64,000 nucleotides of DNA. Source: Octopus vulgaris. Its lineage: Eukaryota. Where the stretch lies: contig OX597818.1 in assembly GCA_951406725.2 (NCBI GenBank), forward strand, positions 116,374,001 through 116,438,000, in the 5' to 3' direction. The position numbers and the translations under genes were made by a program. This document shows, in pieces, positions 1 to 14,354 of this stretch; within the stretch, counting starts at the first letter, position 1, and each line of letters begins with the position of its first letter. The notes under the pieces were generated by a model. It saw only the letters and a program-made list of their open reading frames with translations. It made no database searches and was not told where the DNA came from.

Positions 1-113
1 TGTATGTACATGCATACACACACATATATATATATATAAATACATACATACATACTTTTCCTATACCCTATGATATATAAATATATATACTATGTATGCA
101 TGTACGTATATAT

Positions 114-180
<67 letters not shown>

Positions 181-184
<4 letters not shown>

Positions 185-680
185 TAAGAGAGTGGTCACT
201 ATATTGATCACTCTAGCACCAGTTAATCCAAAAGGTTTCAACCACGAAAAATACATGTTTCCCATGAAAGCCAGTACGACTGTTAGCTCACACGGACAGG
301 GCAAATAAAAAATAACAAAAATACAGATTATTTTGGGACAATTGTTTCGCTATTAATGAAATACATTTAATACATTTAATTCATTAATAGCGAAACAATT
401 GTCCCAAAATAATCTGTATTTTGTTATTTTTTATTTGCCCTGTCCGTGTGAGCTAACAGTCGTACCTTTCATGGGAAACATGTATTTTTCGTGGTTGAAA
501 CCTTTGGATTAACTGGTGCTAAATGATCAATATAGTGACCACTCTCTTATATTAATATTGTGAAAATATTATAATATGTTATAAAATATTATAATAATCC
601 AGGTTTCTCGTAGCACTAGGCCACTTGGTGTGGAATAAATATACTATTAAATTAGTATCTAATTCTCTCACCCTTATTAA

Positions 681-687
<7 letters not shown>
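181..687. mobile_element. Foldback (inverted) Penelope-like/hammerhead element fragment between (TA)n tracts
   Basis: ~180 bp inverted arms (181-360 and 380-552). Right arm begins with the 3' half of a hammerhead (ttaatagc GAAAC AATT GTC ccaaaa). Both ends run into (TA)n. Confidence 0.6.
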
Positions 688-750
<63 letters not shown>

Positions 751-823
751 GTACATGCATGGCCACAGCTCATGAGCTGAAACTAGATAAAATAAAATAA
801 AATAAATAAACATATATACACAT

Positions 824-868
<45 letters not shown>

Positions 869-1704
869 AATGTACATATTTTTACTAAATATATGCTTCC
901 ATGTCATTGAAGAAATCCAACGGAATACGCAAGAAATCGTAAATATAGCAACCCGGAGAACATTTGCCCGTTTTATATTCCTACACTTATAAAACATCGT
1001 TGTAGTTCACGAAAATATTAAAACATTTTTAAAAAAATGTAATAAAATAAAACCCCGAAAACAAATTCAAAATATTTTCTTTTTACGTGACGAACGGACG
1101 TCCCTAATATCCAATATAGAAATCTACTGATTTCCTTACGGAATTATTGTGCATGCTAAAATGTAATAAATGGCGTGAGATATTCAATGGAAGGCCGTTT
1201 CATTCGATTATATCATGTTAGTGCTATAGCAGTTCATGTTGATTATCAATTCCTTTATATCTCTGTTCACCAGCTTTCTTTCCTTGCCTGTTTTCGTCTG
1301 TACGTAAGGCATTGTTGTAATCAGTCTTGCAACGCCTTCCATTTCGGATATCGCCGAGACAATTGAGAAGGAACCTCCTTGGAGAATATTTATCCTTCCT
1401 CTCTCTCACACACAAACACACACAGACAGACACACACATACACGCACACGCAAAGATTTTCACATAGATGTTCCATTTTTTTTATTCATACACAGTGCAC
1501 CCGCTATCGCATTTGCTAATTATGTATATATGTATATATGTATGCATGTATGTATGCATGTATGTAAGCATGTATGTATGTATATATGCATGCGTGTGTT
1601 TGTATGTATGCATATGTATGTATGAATCTATGTATGTATGTTATGTAGGTATGTATGCATGCATACTTGCATGAATCCATGCGTGTATGTATGTGTCTAT
1701 CTAT

Positions 1705-1840
<136 letters not shown>

Positions 1841-2618
1841 ATATATATATATCCATCTAACTATCTATCTATATATCTATCAGTTTGATCATTAGGAATT
1901 GTTTTCATGCAGTACACATCCCAATAAAAAAAATTAAAAAGCAAAAATAATCATACATATTCACATACATACGTACATGTACGCATACATACATATTGAT
2001 TCACGAATAAAATACATGTTTATATACACACTTACACAAAGACACACACACACACAAATGTATATATACGTATACATACATGCATATATCCTATATACGT
2101 GCGTGTGTGTGTATGTATGATGGTGTTTATAAATATATGCATATACACATATACTCTTTTACTCTTTTATTTGTTTCAGTCATTTGACTGCGGCCATGCT
2201 GGAGCACCACCTTTAGTCGAGCAAATCGACCCGGGATTTATTCTTTGTAAGCCCAGTACTTATTCTATCGGTCTCTTTTGCCGAACCGCTACGTTTCGGG
2301 GACGTAAACACACCACACAAACATATACACACACATACATATATATATACACATATACAACAGGCTTCTTTCAGTTTCCGTCTACCAAATCCACTCACAA
2401 CACATTGGTCGGCCCGGGGCTATAGCAGAAGACACTTGCCCATGTGGTTGGTAAGCAAGCTACTTACCACACAGCCACTCCTGCGCCTATATACATACAT
2501 ACATATATATATAATATATGTATGTATATACATATAATTATGTATATATATAAATATATAATTACATATATATATATATATATATATACATATGTATATA
2601 TATATAAATATATAATTG

Positions 2619-2652
<34 letters not shown>

Positions 2653-2656
2653 AATA

Positions 2657-2808
<152 letters not shown>

Positions 2809-3244
2809 TATACATACATACATAGAATCTAAAGTATCCCCTGTTTGTTATTGTTGTATTCGTATATTCCCACGCAGTTCAAAGTGGAAGATGCTCCCAG
2901 TGTAAGATATTGTTGTGTGATCCTGAGTTGATCTGTCTGTCGGTTCTAAAAGAAGAAAGAACAAACAAGCGAAACAGAAATAAAATCGATAGACGCCATA
3001 TTTGACATCCCGAATATTCATTCTTAGTTGAACACCATCAACACACTGGTGCTGGCAATTGTGTGATTGCGTGTGTGCGTGTTTGATTGTGTGTATGCGT
3101 GCGTGTGTGTGTGTGCATGCGAGAGAGAGAGAGAAAGAGAGAGAGAGAGTGAGTAAGTGAAAGACTATGCACGGTTCTTATATCACGTGCGATTTTATCT
3201 TTGTGACTTTTCTTTGTTCAATCATAACAGGGAAGTGAGGTTAG

Positions 3245-3275
<31 letters not shown>

Positions 3276-3350
3276 GACACACCCACACACCCACACATGT
3301 ATATTATATATATATGTATTTACATAGACAGACAGACAGAGAAACACATA

Positions 3351-3395
<45 letters not shown>

Positions 3396-4041
3396 GTATG
3401 TATAGACAGACACATATAAACATACATGCATGAGGTTCAATAATAAAAGAGAAGTGAGGATAGCAGAGAGGAAATAGACAATTATGCTACCTCAGTTTCA
3501 CACACACACACACATATATATAGACACTTATACATTTAAACACATATAATGCCAAGTACATTTGCACAAATTTATACATATACATACGCGCGCCCGCACA
3601 CACACACATGACTTTCATTTCTAGTAATGGTGGTGCTTACTGGCACCCTCTTTCGCTTGTTGCGTCTCGGTTCTAAATTGCGAATGGCCACCTTAATTTT
3701 TTATAATTCTCACTTCACCATTTTCACAGTCAAGTAATGTTTCCTTTGGTGTTCTCTATAAGACTGACAAGTTGGATTAAATTCTTAAGCCCTCGACGTC
3801 GAAGTAATGGGTCACTGACGAACATTAATCAAATCGGAAATCAGCACTCATATGATGCCATCTCGGTTACCGTGGGGAGATTGTCTCCTTTGTCTTTCGT
3901 TAGAAAAGGGAGCTGTCGTTGCTAAGAGTTGTTTTGACGCTTATCTGTAGCAATGCTGGAGCTTACTGTCGCCGTCTGTCACTTTAGCAACGAATATGCT
4001 TGTTGCATTTCGGTTTTAAATTGCGTATAGCCAACTTAATT

Positions 4042-4085
<44 letters not shown>

Positions 4086-4208
4086 ACATATATATATGTA
4101 TATACACACATATATATATATACATATATATATACATATATATATATATACATACACACACACATACACACACACACACTCACACACACACATATATATA
4201 TACATATA

Positions 4209-4524
4209 CATAAATAATGGACTTTACACATTTTTGTTTGTGCATCGTAAACTTACAACTGTTTCTGATAATTCTTTTAGGTACGTTCATGGTTCCGTTC
4301 ACTCAGTCGGTCGATTGAAAAACAAAACCTTTGATCTCGTTTACTTTGACACATGTTCCGTGGACTCCGAAGATGATAGCATTTGTTATAGATCATTCAC
4401 TTGTTTCAATCGATCAAGCAAGCGATTGAGTAAGCGGAAATATGAACGCTCCCTAAACGTATATCTGAAACAACCATAAGTCTACGATGCACAAATATAA
4501 AAATGTCCAAAGATCATTAATTAT
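4209..4524. repeat. Degenerate foldback element (~130-bp arms)
   Basis: TTTGTGCATCGTAAACTTA...TCGATTGAAA is mirrored by TTTCAATCGA...TAAGTCTACGATGCACAAA. Confidence 0.6.
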
Positions 4525-4945
4525 GGCTTATATTGTATATCACTCTGTAAAAACATACCATATTAATTTTGTAAAGTAACCATGCATTTACAAACTGAAA
4601 TGTTGATGAATTTTAACTTCGGGTCTCTCATTAGGATTACCTGGAGTACGATATGAAACAGAAAATCTTTTGTTAGCCTGGTGTAATTGTATTAGCAGCG
4701 AGCTTAAAAAGTATTTTTCCCCGATTGATAATCTTTTATTAATAACTCTTTATTCGGAAACAAACAGACATATATACACGTGGATAATACATACATACCT
4801 ACATACATACATACATACATACATACATACATACATACATACATACATACATACATACATACATACATACATACATACATACATGCATGCATACATGCAT
4901 AAATACATACATATATACATATATACATATATATATATATATGTA

Positions 4946-5079
4946 TATGCTTCCGACGAAGAGCTCCGCTCGAAACGTTAAACCCTCCTTCTTTCCTTCT
5001 TTCCTGAGCGTCCAATAATACTATATTTGTTCCACGTCCTCGCGTTGTTGTGTTTTTTTGTGCTTTCTTGTTTGGATTA

Positions 5080-5083
<4 letters not shown>
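4946..5083 (+). mobile_element. Hammerhead repeat family A copy
   Basis: CCGACGA AGAGCTCCGCTC GAAACGTT AAAC at 4953-4983; embedded between (TA)n tracts. Confidence 0.65.
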
Positions 5084-5151
<68 letters not shown>

Positions 5152-5473
5152 TATATATATGTATGAATGTAAATATGTTTAAATATAAATATAATTATGT
5201 ATATATATGTATACCTATTTATATATGCGTATGTGCATGTGTATACTTGTACATATCTAGTTATGCATGTACACACACATTCACAGATACTCGCACGCAC
5301 ACTCGGGTTCAAACACACACTCACACATACATATACACACAGAGAGACATATATATATATATATATATATACATATATACACAGTCACACTTACAAAAGG
5401 AAAACACGAAACTATAGAGATAATGCTATATATTTAGGTATTTATATAGGGACGCAGAATCAAACAGAGCAAT

Positions 5474-5828
5474 GGCACTCCGTCAGTTACGACGACGAGG
5501 GTTCCAGTTGATCAGCCTGCTCTTGAAATTAACCTGTAAGTGGCTGAGGATTCCACAGAAAGTGTACCCTTAACGTACTTCTTGGGGAAATTCAGCGTGA
5601 CAAGGCTGGCCTTTTGAAATACTGGTACAACAGGAACAGAAACAAAGAGCGAGGAAAATGTTGTGGTGAAAAAGTAAAACAGGGTTGGCCACCACCCACT
5701 GCCGGAACTTCGTGGAGCTCTAGGTATTTTCACTCAATAAACACTCACAACGCCCGGTGTGGGAATCGAAACCGCAATCCCATGACCGCGAATCCGCTGC
5801 CCTAACCACTGGGCCATTGCGCCTCCAC
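5474..5828 (-). mobile_element. Chimeric SINE: head of the 61.4 kb family plus tail of the 59.8 kb family
   Basis: 5630-5828 matches 61225-61423; 5474-5625 matches 59920-60100. Confidence 0.75.
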
Positions 5829-5911
5829 GCACATAGCAATACGCTACAAATATATCTTTTACGTTTATATTTAGATATTTACATATTTACTTTCATAATA
5901 TCTCTTTCTCT

Positions 5912-6002
<91 letters not shown>

Positions 6003-7825
6003 CGTGCGTATGTGTTTTAATACATATTTAAGTAAGAGTATATATGTGTACATATGTATGTATGTATGTATGTTTGTGTTAGTGTGCATGTGTATATAGG
6101 TATAATACTTTTCTATTGCCGTGACTGTATTATCAGTGCACATGAGTTTCAGGATACAAATGAATGAATGAATAAATAAATAAATAAATAATTGAATATA
6201 TAAATAAATAAAAACAAGTTCCTCTTGAGAAAGAAAAAAATTTTCTTTGCTTACACTTAAATACATTAAATTTCGTGAAGATGAAATTTTCCATTCTTGA
6301 AGATGTTCATTTTTCTCTGGTTTTGTAATATTATCGTAGCTTTTTACATATTTCATACTTCATGTTTTTCCTTCTTGCTTTTTCTTAAATTTTTCAGTCT
6401 TTCCTGTTTTTTTTTTTGGTTATACATTTTTCATTAAAATTTTGTTCAAAGTAGTTTTTTCTCCTCTCCATATTATTATTCAATTCAATTTGGTTTCGCA
6501 ATTTTATTTATGTATATCATTCTTATCACCGATGCTTTTTGGGCGAAAATCTCAAAAGCTGTTTTCCCAACACTGTTGCAAAACCATTGTCACCGCACAC
6601 GCGCCTTCTCAAATATTCTTTATAAATCAATGATTTATTTTATCTACGTATGGACGTATTGTATTCATTCCCATCTCAAATTTACGTATTTGCAGAGTTT
6701 CTAATTGGAAAAGTGTCATCCACTAGATTTAAACGTAAAATTTATGAGATCTAAAAAACATAAATATACATATATTCACACAGTTATGTACATTATAAAC
6801 AGATCGAGGATTAGGTGCGTATTTATAAAGATCCCCTCAAAAGACCTGATGTATTTGTAGTGTGAAGCTACTTACTATTTCAGCAAGTAGTTTTATATTC
6901 TGGATCTCGTCTTGCACCCCATATAAATTCACAACTATTTACCAAAATGTGAAGATTTATGATATATCTGGAAGCACGGCTTCGTTTGTTGTATCTTGGT
7001 CTGCCAGCTATTGTTGTGCTGCAGCTTGGGCCCTCTGCACTAGCATGTCCTACAGATCAAGATCAACAATTGGACTTTTCTACATTTAGTCAGAAAAAAG
7101 GTGAAATGGTTTTTATGATTTACTCAGAACTTACCGGCTGGAAGATATTGACACGATTGATGGTGAACAAAATATTTTATAGGTTAAAGTCTGCAGGAAA
7201 AATATAAGCGTGAAAATAAAATTCAAGTTTCCATGACTGTAATTATGGCGACATTAAGTGAGTGGAGGAATGACGGAAATGTGTTGTTGCAAAAAGAATT
7301 ACTTAATCACAAGACCATGCACTTTTCTATTGCGTTATCACTAAAGCTATGAGGTGTTCTTTACAATATGTTTCCTCGTGATAAATACTAAAATGCTTAT
7401 GTAACACCTAAATTATATATATATCTATATATATACACAAACACACGTATATATATATATATATATATGAAAATTTTGAGAACAGTTTGAAATGCGTCAA
7501 AATTTTCTCTCTTATATACGTATATTTTTTGTAATTAAAGCAAGGTTAACTTTTTAACGTAAGGGGAAATTCGCTTTATTCTATGTGTTTATTTGAATGA
7601 AAATTAAACAATCATATAAATTCGTTTTCACAGAATGAATGTTTCAGCTGAAAACATTGGTGTACGTATTCTTGAGGTGAATTCGACATATAAACAAAAA
7701 CTGTATAAGTGAGAAAGGCGGAAGGAAGATAAAAAAAAATCATATTGGCTGTTTTGTTTAGGGACAATAGAAATCAATAGAGGCATCTTCCAAAGGAAGT
7801 GCCTGTCCCCACTGATCCTTATCTA

Positions 7826-7894
<69 letters not shown>

Positions 7895-7895
<1 letters not shown>

Positions 7896-8046
7896 TATGT
7901 TTGACTTTTGCTTTATTTGAAAATTATGTTTGTTTTAAAAGTTGAGATTACATAGAGAGTATTTTGCGTAGGATATGAGCAGTTCCCATGAGGGCTTTGT
8001 CGATATCTGCATTATTCGCTCTCTTTGGGTATTTGCCATAGAGAGG

Positions 8047-8110
<64 letters not shown>

Positions 8111-8319
8111 TATGTTTGACTTTTGCTTTACATTTGTACAAGTTGGCTCCAAGTATCACCCAGAGACCTCAAGAGACAACAAGTTGGAAGTTCATTTTGG
8201 TGTTATGCTTAGGGTGCCATATATTTGGTTTTGTACTTAGTGTTGTACTAGTGAATGTCTAAAAAACCATACGAAAATTGTTTGTTTTAAAACTTGATAT
8301 TACATAGAAAGTATTTTGC

Positions 8320-8322
<3 letters not shown>
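7895..8322 (-). mobile_element. Two 3'-end fragments of a Dong/R4-like non-LTR element within (TAA)n arrays
   Basis: Minus strand 7948-7992 encodes LMGTAHILRKILSM*, resembling the R4/Dong C-terminus as I recall it. Both fragments end ...AAAGCAAAAGTCAAACATAG followed by (AAT)n. Confidence 0.65.
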
Positions 8323-8375
<53 letters not shown>

Positions 8376-8883
8376 ATTGATGTGGTGGGAAACGACGTTT
8401 TTCCAGTTTGATCTTATTTATTGGATGATTACACGAATTTAACTTAGAGTAATTTGGTGGAAATTTAGTGACTTCGAAACACGTAATTCTATTTCCAGTA
8501 ATTGTTTGAAAGTGAGAGAAAAGTTTTGATTTCAACATATATTTTTGGTTTTTCTGGAAAGAAATTTCGACTGATTAAATTTTTCTCATGCCCCTTCATT
8601 TACCGGAGGAACAGATGAAGCTGATAATAAGAAAGACGATATTATTGTATAAGCGTTCACTAAAATGTTAAAGAACTAATATAAAAAATAGTGTGACCAA
8701 AATGAGAAACCGATGCCAAAGAATAAATAAATAAATAAATAAATGATTAATAAATAAAACAGAAAACACGATAACAAAAAAAGAAATGTGAGCAGATTCC
8801 GTGCAATGCGTCCGAACCCAAAATTGTGATGTTCCGAACGTATTTCTGCTACACAGCCAAACACAACAATATATAATGTACAA

Positions 8884-9790
8884 AAGGCGACGAGCTGGTA
8901 GAATCGTTAGCACGCCGGGCGAAATGCCTAGCGGAATTACGCCTGCCGCTACGTTCTGAGTTCAAATTCCGCCGAGGTCGACTTTGCCTTTCATCCTTTT
9001 TAATCCGTTTGTCTGTCCTCGTTTGTCCTCTCTGTGTTTAACCCTTTGTGGGTAGCAAAGAAATAGGTATTTCGTTTGCACGTTACATTCTGAGTTCAAT
9101 TTCCGCCGAGGTCGACTTTGTCTTTCATCCTTTCTGGGTCGATAAATTAAGCACCAGTTACGCACTGGGGTCGATATAATCGACTTAATCCCTTTGTCTG
9201 TCCTTGTTTGTCCTCTCTGTGTTTAGCCCCTTGTGGGTAGTAAAGAAATAGGTATTTCGCCTGCCATTACAGTTCTGAGTTCAATTCCGCCGAGGTCGAC
9301 TTTGCTTTTCATCCTTTAGGGATCGATTAAATAAGTACCAGTTACGCACTGGGGTCGATATAAGCGACTTAATCCGTTTGTCTGTCCTCATTTGTCCTCT
9401 CTGTTTTTAACCCTTTGTGGGTAGCAAAGAAATAGGTATTTCGTTTGCACGTTACGTTCTGAGTTCAATTTCTGTCGAGGTCGGCTTTGTCTGTCATTCT
9501 TTCGGGGTCGATAAATTAAGTACTAGTTACAAACTGGGGTCGATATAATCGACTTAATCCATTTGTCTGTCCTTGTTTGTCCTCTCTGTATTTAGCCACT
9601 TGTGGGTGGTAAAGAAATAGGTATTTCCTCTGCCGCAACATTCTGAGTTCAAATTCCATCGAGGTTGACTTTGCCTTTCATCCTTTTGGGGTCAATATAT
9701 AAAGTACCAGTTGCGTACTGGGGTCGATCTAATCGATTAGCCCCCCTCTCCAAGAATTTCGGTTTTTGTGCCTGGAGTAGAAAAGAATAT
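8884..9790 (+). mobile_element. Tandem array of tRNA-derived SINE (Meta-like central domain): four tail-A units plus one tail-B unit
   Basis: Head with B box GAGTTCAAATTCC and body GCCGAGGTCGACTTTGCCTTTCATCCTTTCGGGGTCGATAAA. Units repeat every 184-185 bp. Whole array flanked by 16-bp direct repeat AATATATAATGTACAA (8868-8883, 9786-9801). Meta-domain assignment is from memory. Confidence 0.85.
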
Positions 9791-10046
9791 ATAATGTACA
9801 AGTAAGGCGACGAGATGGTGGAGTACTTAGCACGCTGGGCAAAAGGCTCAGCGGTATTTTGTCCGCCTTTACGTTCTGAATTTAAATTCTACCGAGGTAG
9901 TTATGTTGATGATGAAAATTTTATGGGATTTTTAACAAAGCAGGATAATGCGAAAATGTCATGAGACAAACTCGGGTTGATTGATCAAAATATAAATGAA
10001 GCAATCGATTAGTTAATTGCTTGATTGGAAACTATTTCGACAAAGA

Positions 10047-10520
<474 letters not shown>

Positions 10521-11369
10521 CAAAGATTAAAGAATGATAAAAAGGACTGAAATAGAACCGACGCGTGTGTCTTTCTATCATAACAATATTCTAAGATAAA
10601 CCATCTGTTTGAACACACATTTTCACATCGATACTTTGCAAATCAAATACAAATACAAAATATATACGCTATATATATATATATATTAAATGTACATATA
10701 ATACATTTACATCTATTAAAATATATATGTATATATGTATATATATATATATGTACATATATGTATATACATAGACCCATACATATACATAGATATATAA
10801 ATATAAATATGTTTATGTGTGTATTTATATATATATATATATATGTAGAATGATACGCTCCTCCAAACACCAAAACTTCGCAGCAATTTCAATTTTCCTA
10901 TGAAGTTATTTTTAATTGTATATAAATAATGGATTTTCATTTTCTTTGCAGACATCTCACCAGCTGCGTCCAACATTTAGCACTTCTTTCTTTTCCATAT
11001 TGTTTTACTCTGTTTATTATAATCTCTGGAGATTCTCCGTATTTGCATTCTACTAATGAAAACATTTTGAATAGATGCCGTTTGAATTCGTTGACATCAC
11101 CAAATATGTACTCTTCACAGATTGTTGCAGTTCTTAATGTGTTTATTTACTCTGAGAGAATGTTTCCAAAGTTGGTTTTTCTCTTTCGCTATTTTACAAT
11201 CTTCGTTTAGTTGATTTATTTTGACGTGTAGTTAAATAGTATACATATTAGTCTCGGAGGTTTTGTATGTGGGTGTAAGAACACGAATCTTCAGACAATT
11301 TGGATCCTTCTACTACACGGTTAACTTTTACGGTAAATTTTGTTTCGTTTACATTTTGGCCAGAATATT

Positions 11370-12145
11370 TGCTTTCTACTCGAGGCACAAGGCCCGAAAT
11401 TTGGTGGGAGAGAGCCTGTTGATTAGAACCACCCCAGTACGCAACTGGCACTTTATTTATCGACCCCAAAAGGATGAAAGGCAAAGTCGACCTCGGGGAG
11501 ATTTGAACTCAGAACGTAAAGACAGACGAAATACAGCTAAGCCTTTCGTCCGGCGTGCTAACATCTCTGCCACCTCACCGCCTTCTTAATATTTTTTTCT
11601 AATCTAGACACAAGGCCCGAGCTTTCAGGAGAAGCGGTAAGTCGATTACATCGGCCCCTGTGCTCACCTGGTACCTAATTTATCTACCCCGAAAGAATGA
11701 AAGCAAAAATCGACCTCGGTGGATTTTGAACTCAAAACGTAAAGACGGACGAAATGTTGCTAAATATCTTTTCTACTCTAGGCACAAGGCTTGAAATTTT
11801 TGGGGAAGGGGCCAGTGGATTAGATCGACTCAAGTTCACAACTAGTACTTTATTTATCGACCCAGAAATGATGAAAAGCAAAGTCGACTTCGGCGGAATT
11901 TGAACTCAGAACGTAAAAATTATTGGGCACGATATTTAACGTGAGAAGGGCGGCGAACCGGCAGAAATGTTAGCACCGCGGTATTTCGTTATTCATTATG
12001 TTCTGAGTTCAAATTCTGCCGAAGTTGACTTTGCTTTTCATCGTCACAGGGTCGATAAAATAAGTACCAGTTGAGCATTATGATCGATGCCATGGACTTT
12101 AACTCTCCCGCGATCTTGCTGGTCTCGTACAAAAATTTCAAGCTA
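11370..12145. mobile_element. Cluster of tail-B Meta-like SINE copies (three minus, one plus)
   Basis: Repeated GGATGAAAGGCAAAGTCGACCTCGGCGGAATTTGAACTCAGAACG motif. Further family copies at 22575-22765, 27945-28345, 30428-30658 (tail A), 35950-36130, 45715-45915 and 60732-61100. Confidence 0.8.
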
Positions 12146-12282
12146 ACATTTAACACGAGAAGTTGGCATGTTTTTTCTAATCTACATCGCCGTACTTCTT
12201 ACATTATATTATTAATCTACGAATGTGGAGGCGCAATGGCCCAGTGATTAGGGGCAGCGAATTCGCGATTTCGATTCCTAGA

Positions 12283-12520
12283 AATGAGGAATTATTTACA
12301 TTATCTACATTTGACGGATATTTGACCTCATCTTGTTTGTTGTTCACACAATGTTTCCACTGATATACCCTCCAGCATTCATCAGGTTTCTTGGGGAAAT
12401 TTCGAAACTGGGTTCTCATTCCTAAGGTATATTTCGATGAAGGCTGGAGGGTATATCAACCGAAACTTTGAGTTAACAACAAACAAGATGAGGACAAATA
12501 TCCGTCAAATGTAAATAATG
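12283..12520. mobile_element. Second copy of the 38.3 kb hammerhead family, as an inverted pair
   Basis: Minus-strand segment 12283-12440 followed by plus-strand segment 12436-12520 starting in the ribozyme core (GATGAAGGCTGG...CCGAAAC). Same sequence family as 38229-38650. Confidence 0.65.
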
Positions 12521-13299
12521 TTCTACGTTGAAGATGAACTCTTCTGAGCACCATTCCGTTTTACGTTCGCGATCCACGATCGTATACTTTTAATATATAT
12601 CGTTACTGTTTAAGTACGTTTTATATATTCCTTTCGTCGGGTCCCCTGCACTTTCTATTTTGACATCGATAATCACACAAACCATAAATGTAAATCATGT
12701 AGATTTTATTCAACAAGACGGTTTTAACGCTGACATTTACTTAAAATAGATTCTTGATGAGACGCAGGCTTTATTAACAAACATCGAGTATAATGTAAAA
12801 TATTCAATCTGTTGCACTTCATTATCGGGAACAATTACATACAATTGAGATGTATGATATACAATGTGATAGAGTAAAAACCAATTGAAAATATTTTTTG
12901 CAAGCAATTGCGTTGTTCTATAATTTGAAGCTCATTACTGAATGTTCCGTTCAGAAGCATAAATGCACAATAGATCGATTAATCGAAACTCTGTATTCAA
13001 ATACGTTTTTCTATATCTCTTTTGTCATCTGCATCTCAAAAACAGATTTTTGGTATTGATGTTAATATGCCTGGATTACTGCTTCGTACATTAAGATGGG
13101 AGTGGGGCAGGCATTAAACAGCAATTTATGGAGATGTAGAGTATTGTTTGTTCGGCCTAGTAGATTGTGCTCTCCGTCACGCTTTGTATACTGTTGCTTT
13201 CAAGTTTTTGCTGCTGAACTCAGCGTATTAAGGGTGGGTGGTCTAACTTTCGAGCGCCATTTCAAACTGTCGGCATTCATTCTGTCTGTCTCTGTCTGT

Positions 13300-13705
13300 A
13301 TTGCAGCATTCACCCGGGGTGGGATGAGCTGGCTTCATTCATCCTCAATGCTGCATCTCTCATAAACGCCGACCAGGCCTGGCGATTTGAGGCTAACAAC
13401 CGCGTGATCTCCAACCACTCCTTATTCCAACGGCGAACGCCGTAGATATGGGGGCCTAGGTTGGGTTCCTGATCAGCCTTGACTGTCATCAGCCAGGTTT
13501 TTCGTTGTCCACCACATCGATTTCGCCAACCCTGAAGGGGAGCTGAGGCAATTGCTTAGTAGTTGAATTCTCCTGGTTGACGACGGAGGGCATGACCCAG
13601 CCAACGCAGACGTCTCGTTAGGATGACTTGTCGGAAAGAGGTGATTTTGCACTGGTGTCTCATTGAATTGTTGGAGACAAAGTGATGCCATCGGCACTCA
13701 TTCAA
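13300..13705 (-). mobile_element. RTE-clade LINE 3' fragment
   Basis: Encodes RRLRWLGHALRR...*...GWRNRCGGQRKTW...ASNRQAWSAF, the typical RTE C-terminal region, with an in-frame stop. Confidence 0.75.
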
Positions 13706-14293
13706 AGAATCTAATTTAATATTGCAAGGCATTTGTTTCACCTTTTTGAACTCTGTCTTTCTAAAATCTTCCGCAAGGAGTGAACACTTGAGGAGTTGCA
13801 CGATTTGTTAGAAATAGCAGCCACATCTCCTACAAATCACAGCCTACCGCGATAAATATGGAAACACCACTTTCAATAATGCACTCATATATTCTCATAT
13901 AACGGCATGGCACTGCTTTAATCATAATTCTGTTCGATCAGGGACAGCCGAGTGTTAAACAATATGGATTTCAAATTTTGGCACAAACCTAACAAGTTCG
14001 GTGGCGGAATAAATCGCTTATATCGATACCAGTGGTCAACCGGTAGTTGTTTATCGATCCCGAATAAATGAAATGCAAAGTCAACCACGATTATCAACTT
14101 GTTAATAATGGAGTGCTCGAGTGAGTGATAGATTTAACTAAGGCCCCGATAGACAAGCGGCCGGTTTAACACTGGCCCTTTGCTATCGAGAGATATAAAC
14201 AGAATCCATCCACTTATGAGCATCCTCGCCAAGTCTCTCATCTGTAAATTGCTCAATATCATTAAAAGACATATATATACGAATACATACATA

Positions 14294-14354
<61 letters not shown>

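Noticed and set aside
8884-9790. Regularly spaced repeats as a CRISPR array or tRNA gene cluster
   Set aside because: Units are 185-bp SINE bodies with no unique spacers and no complete cloverleaf; eukaryotic context.
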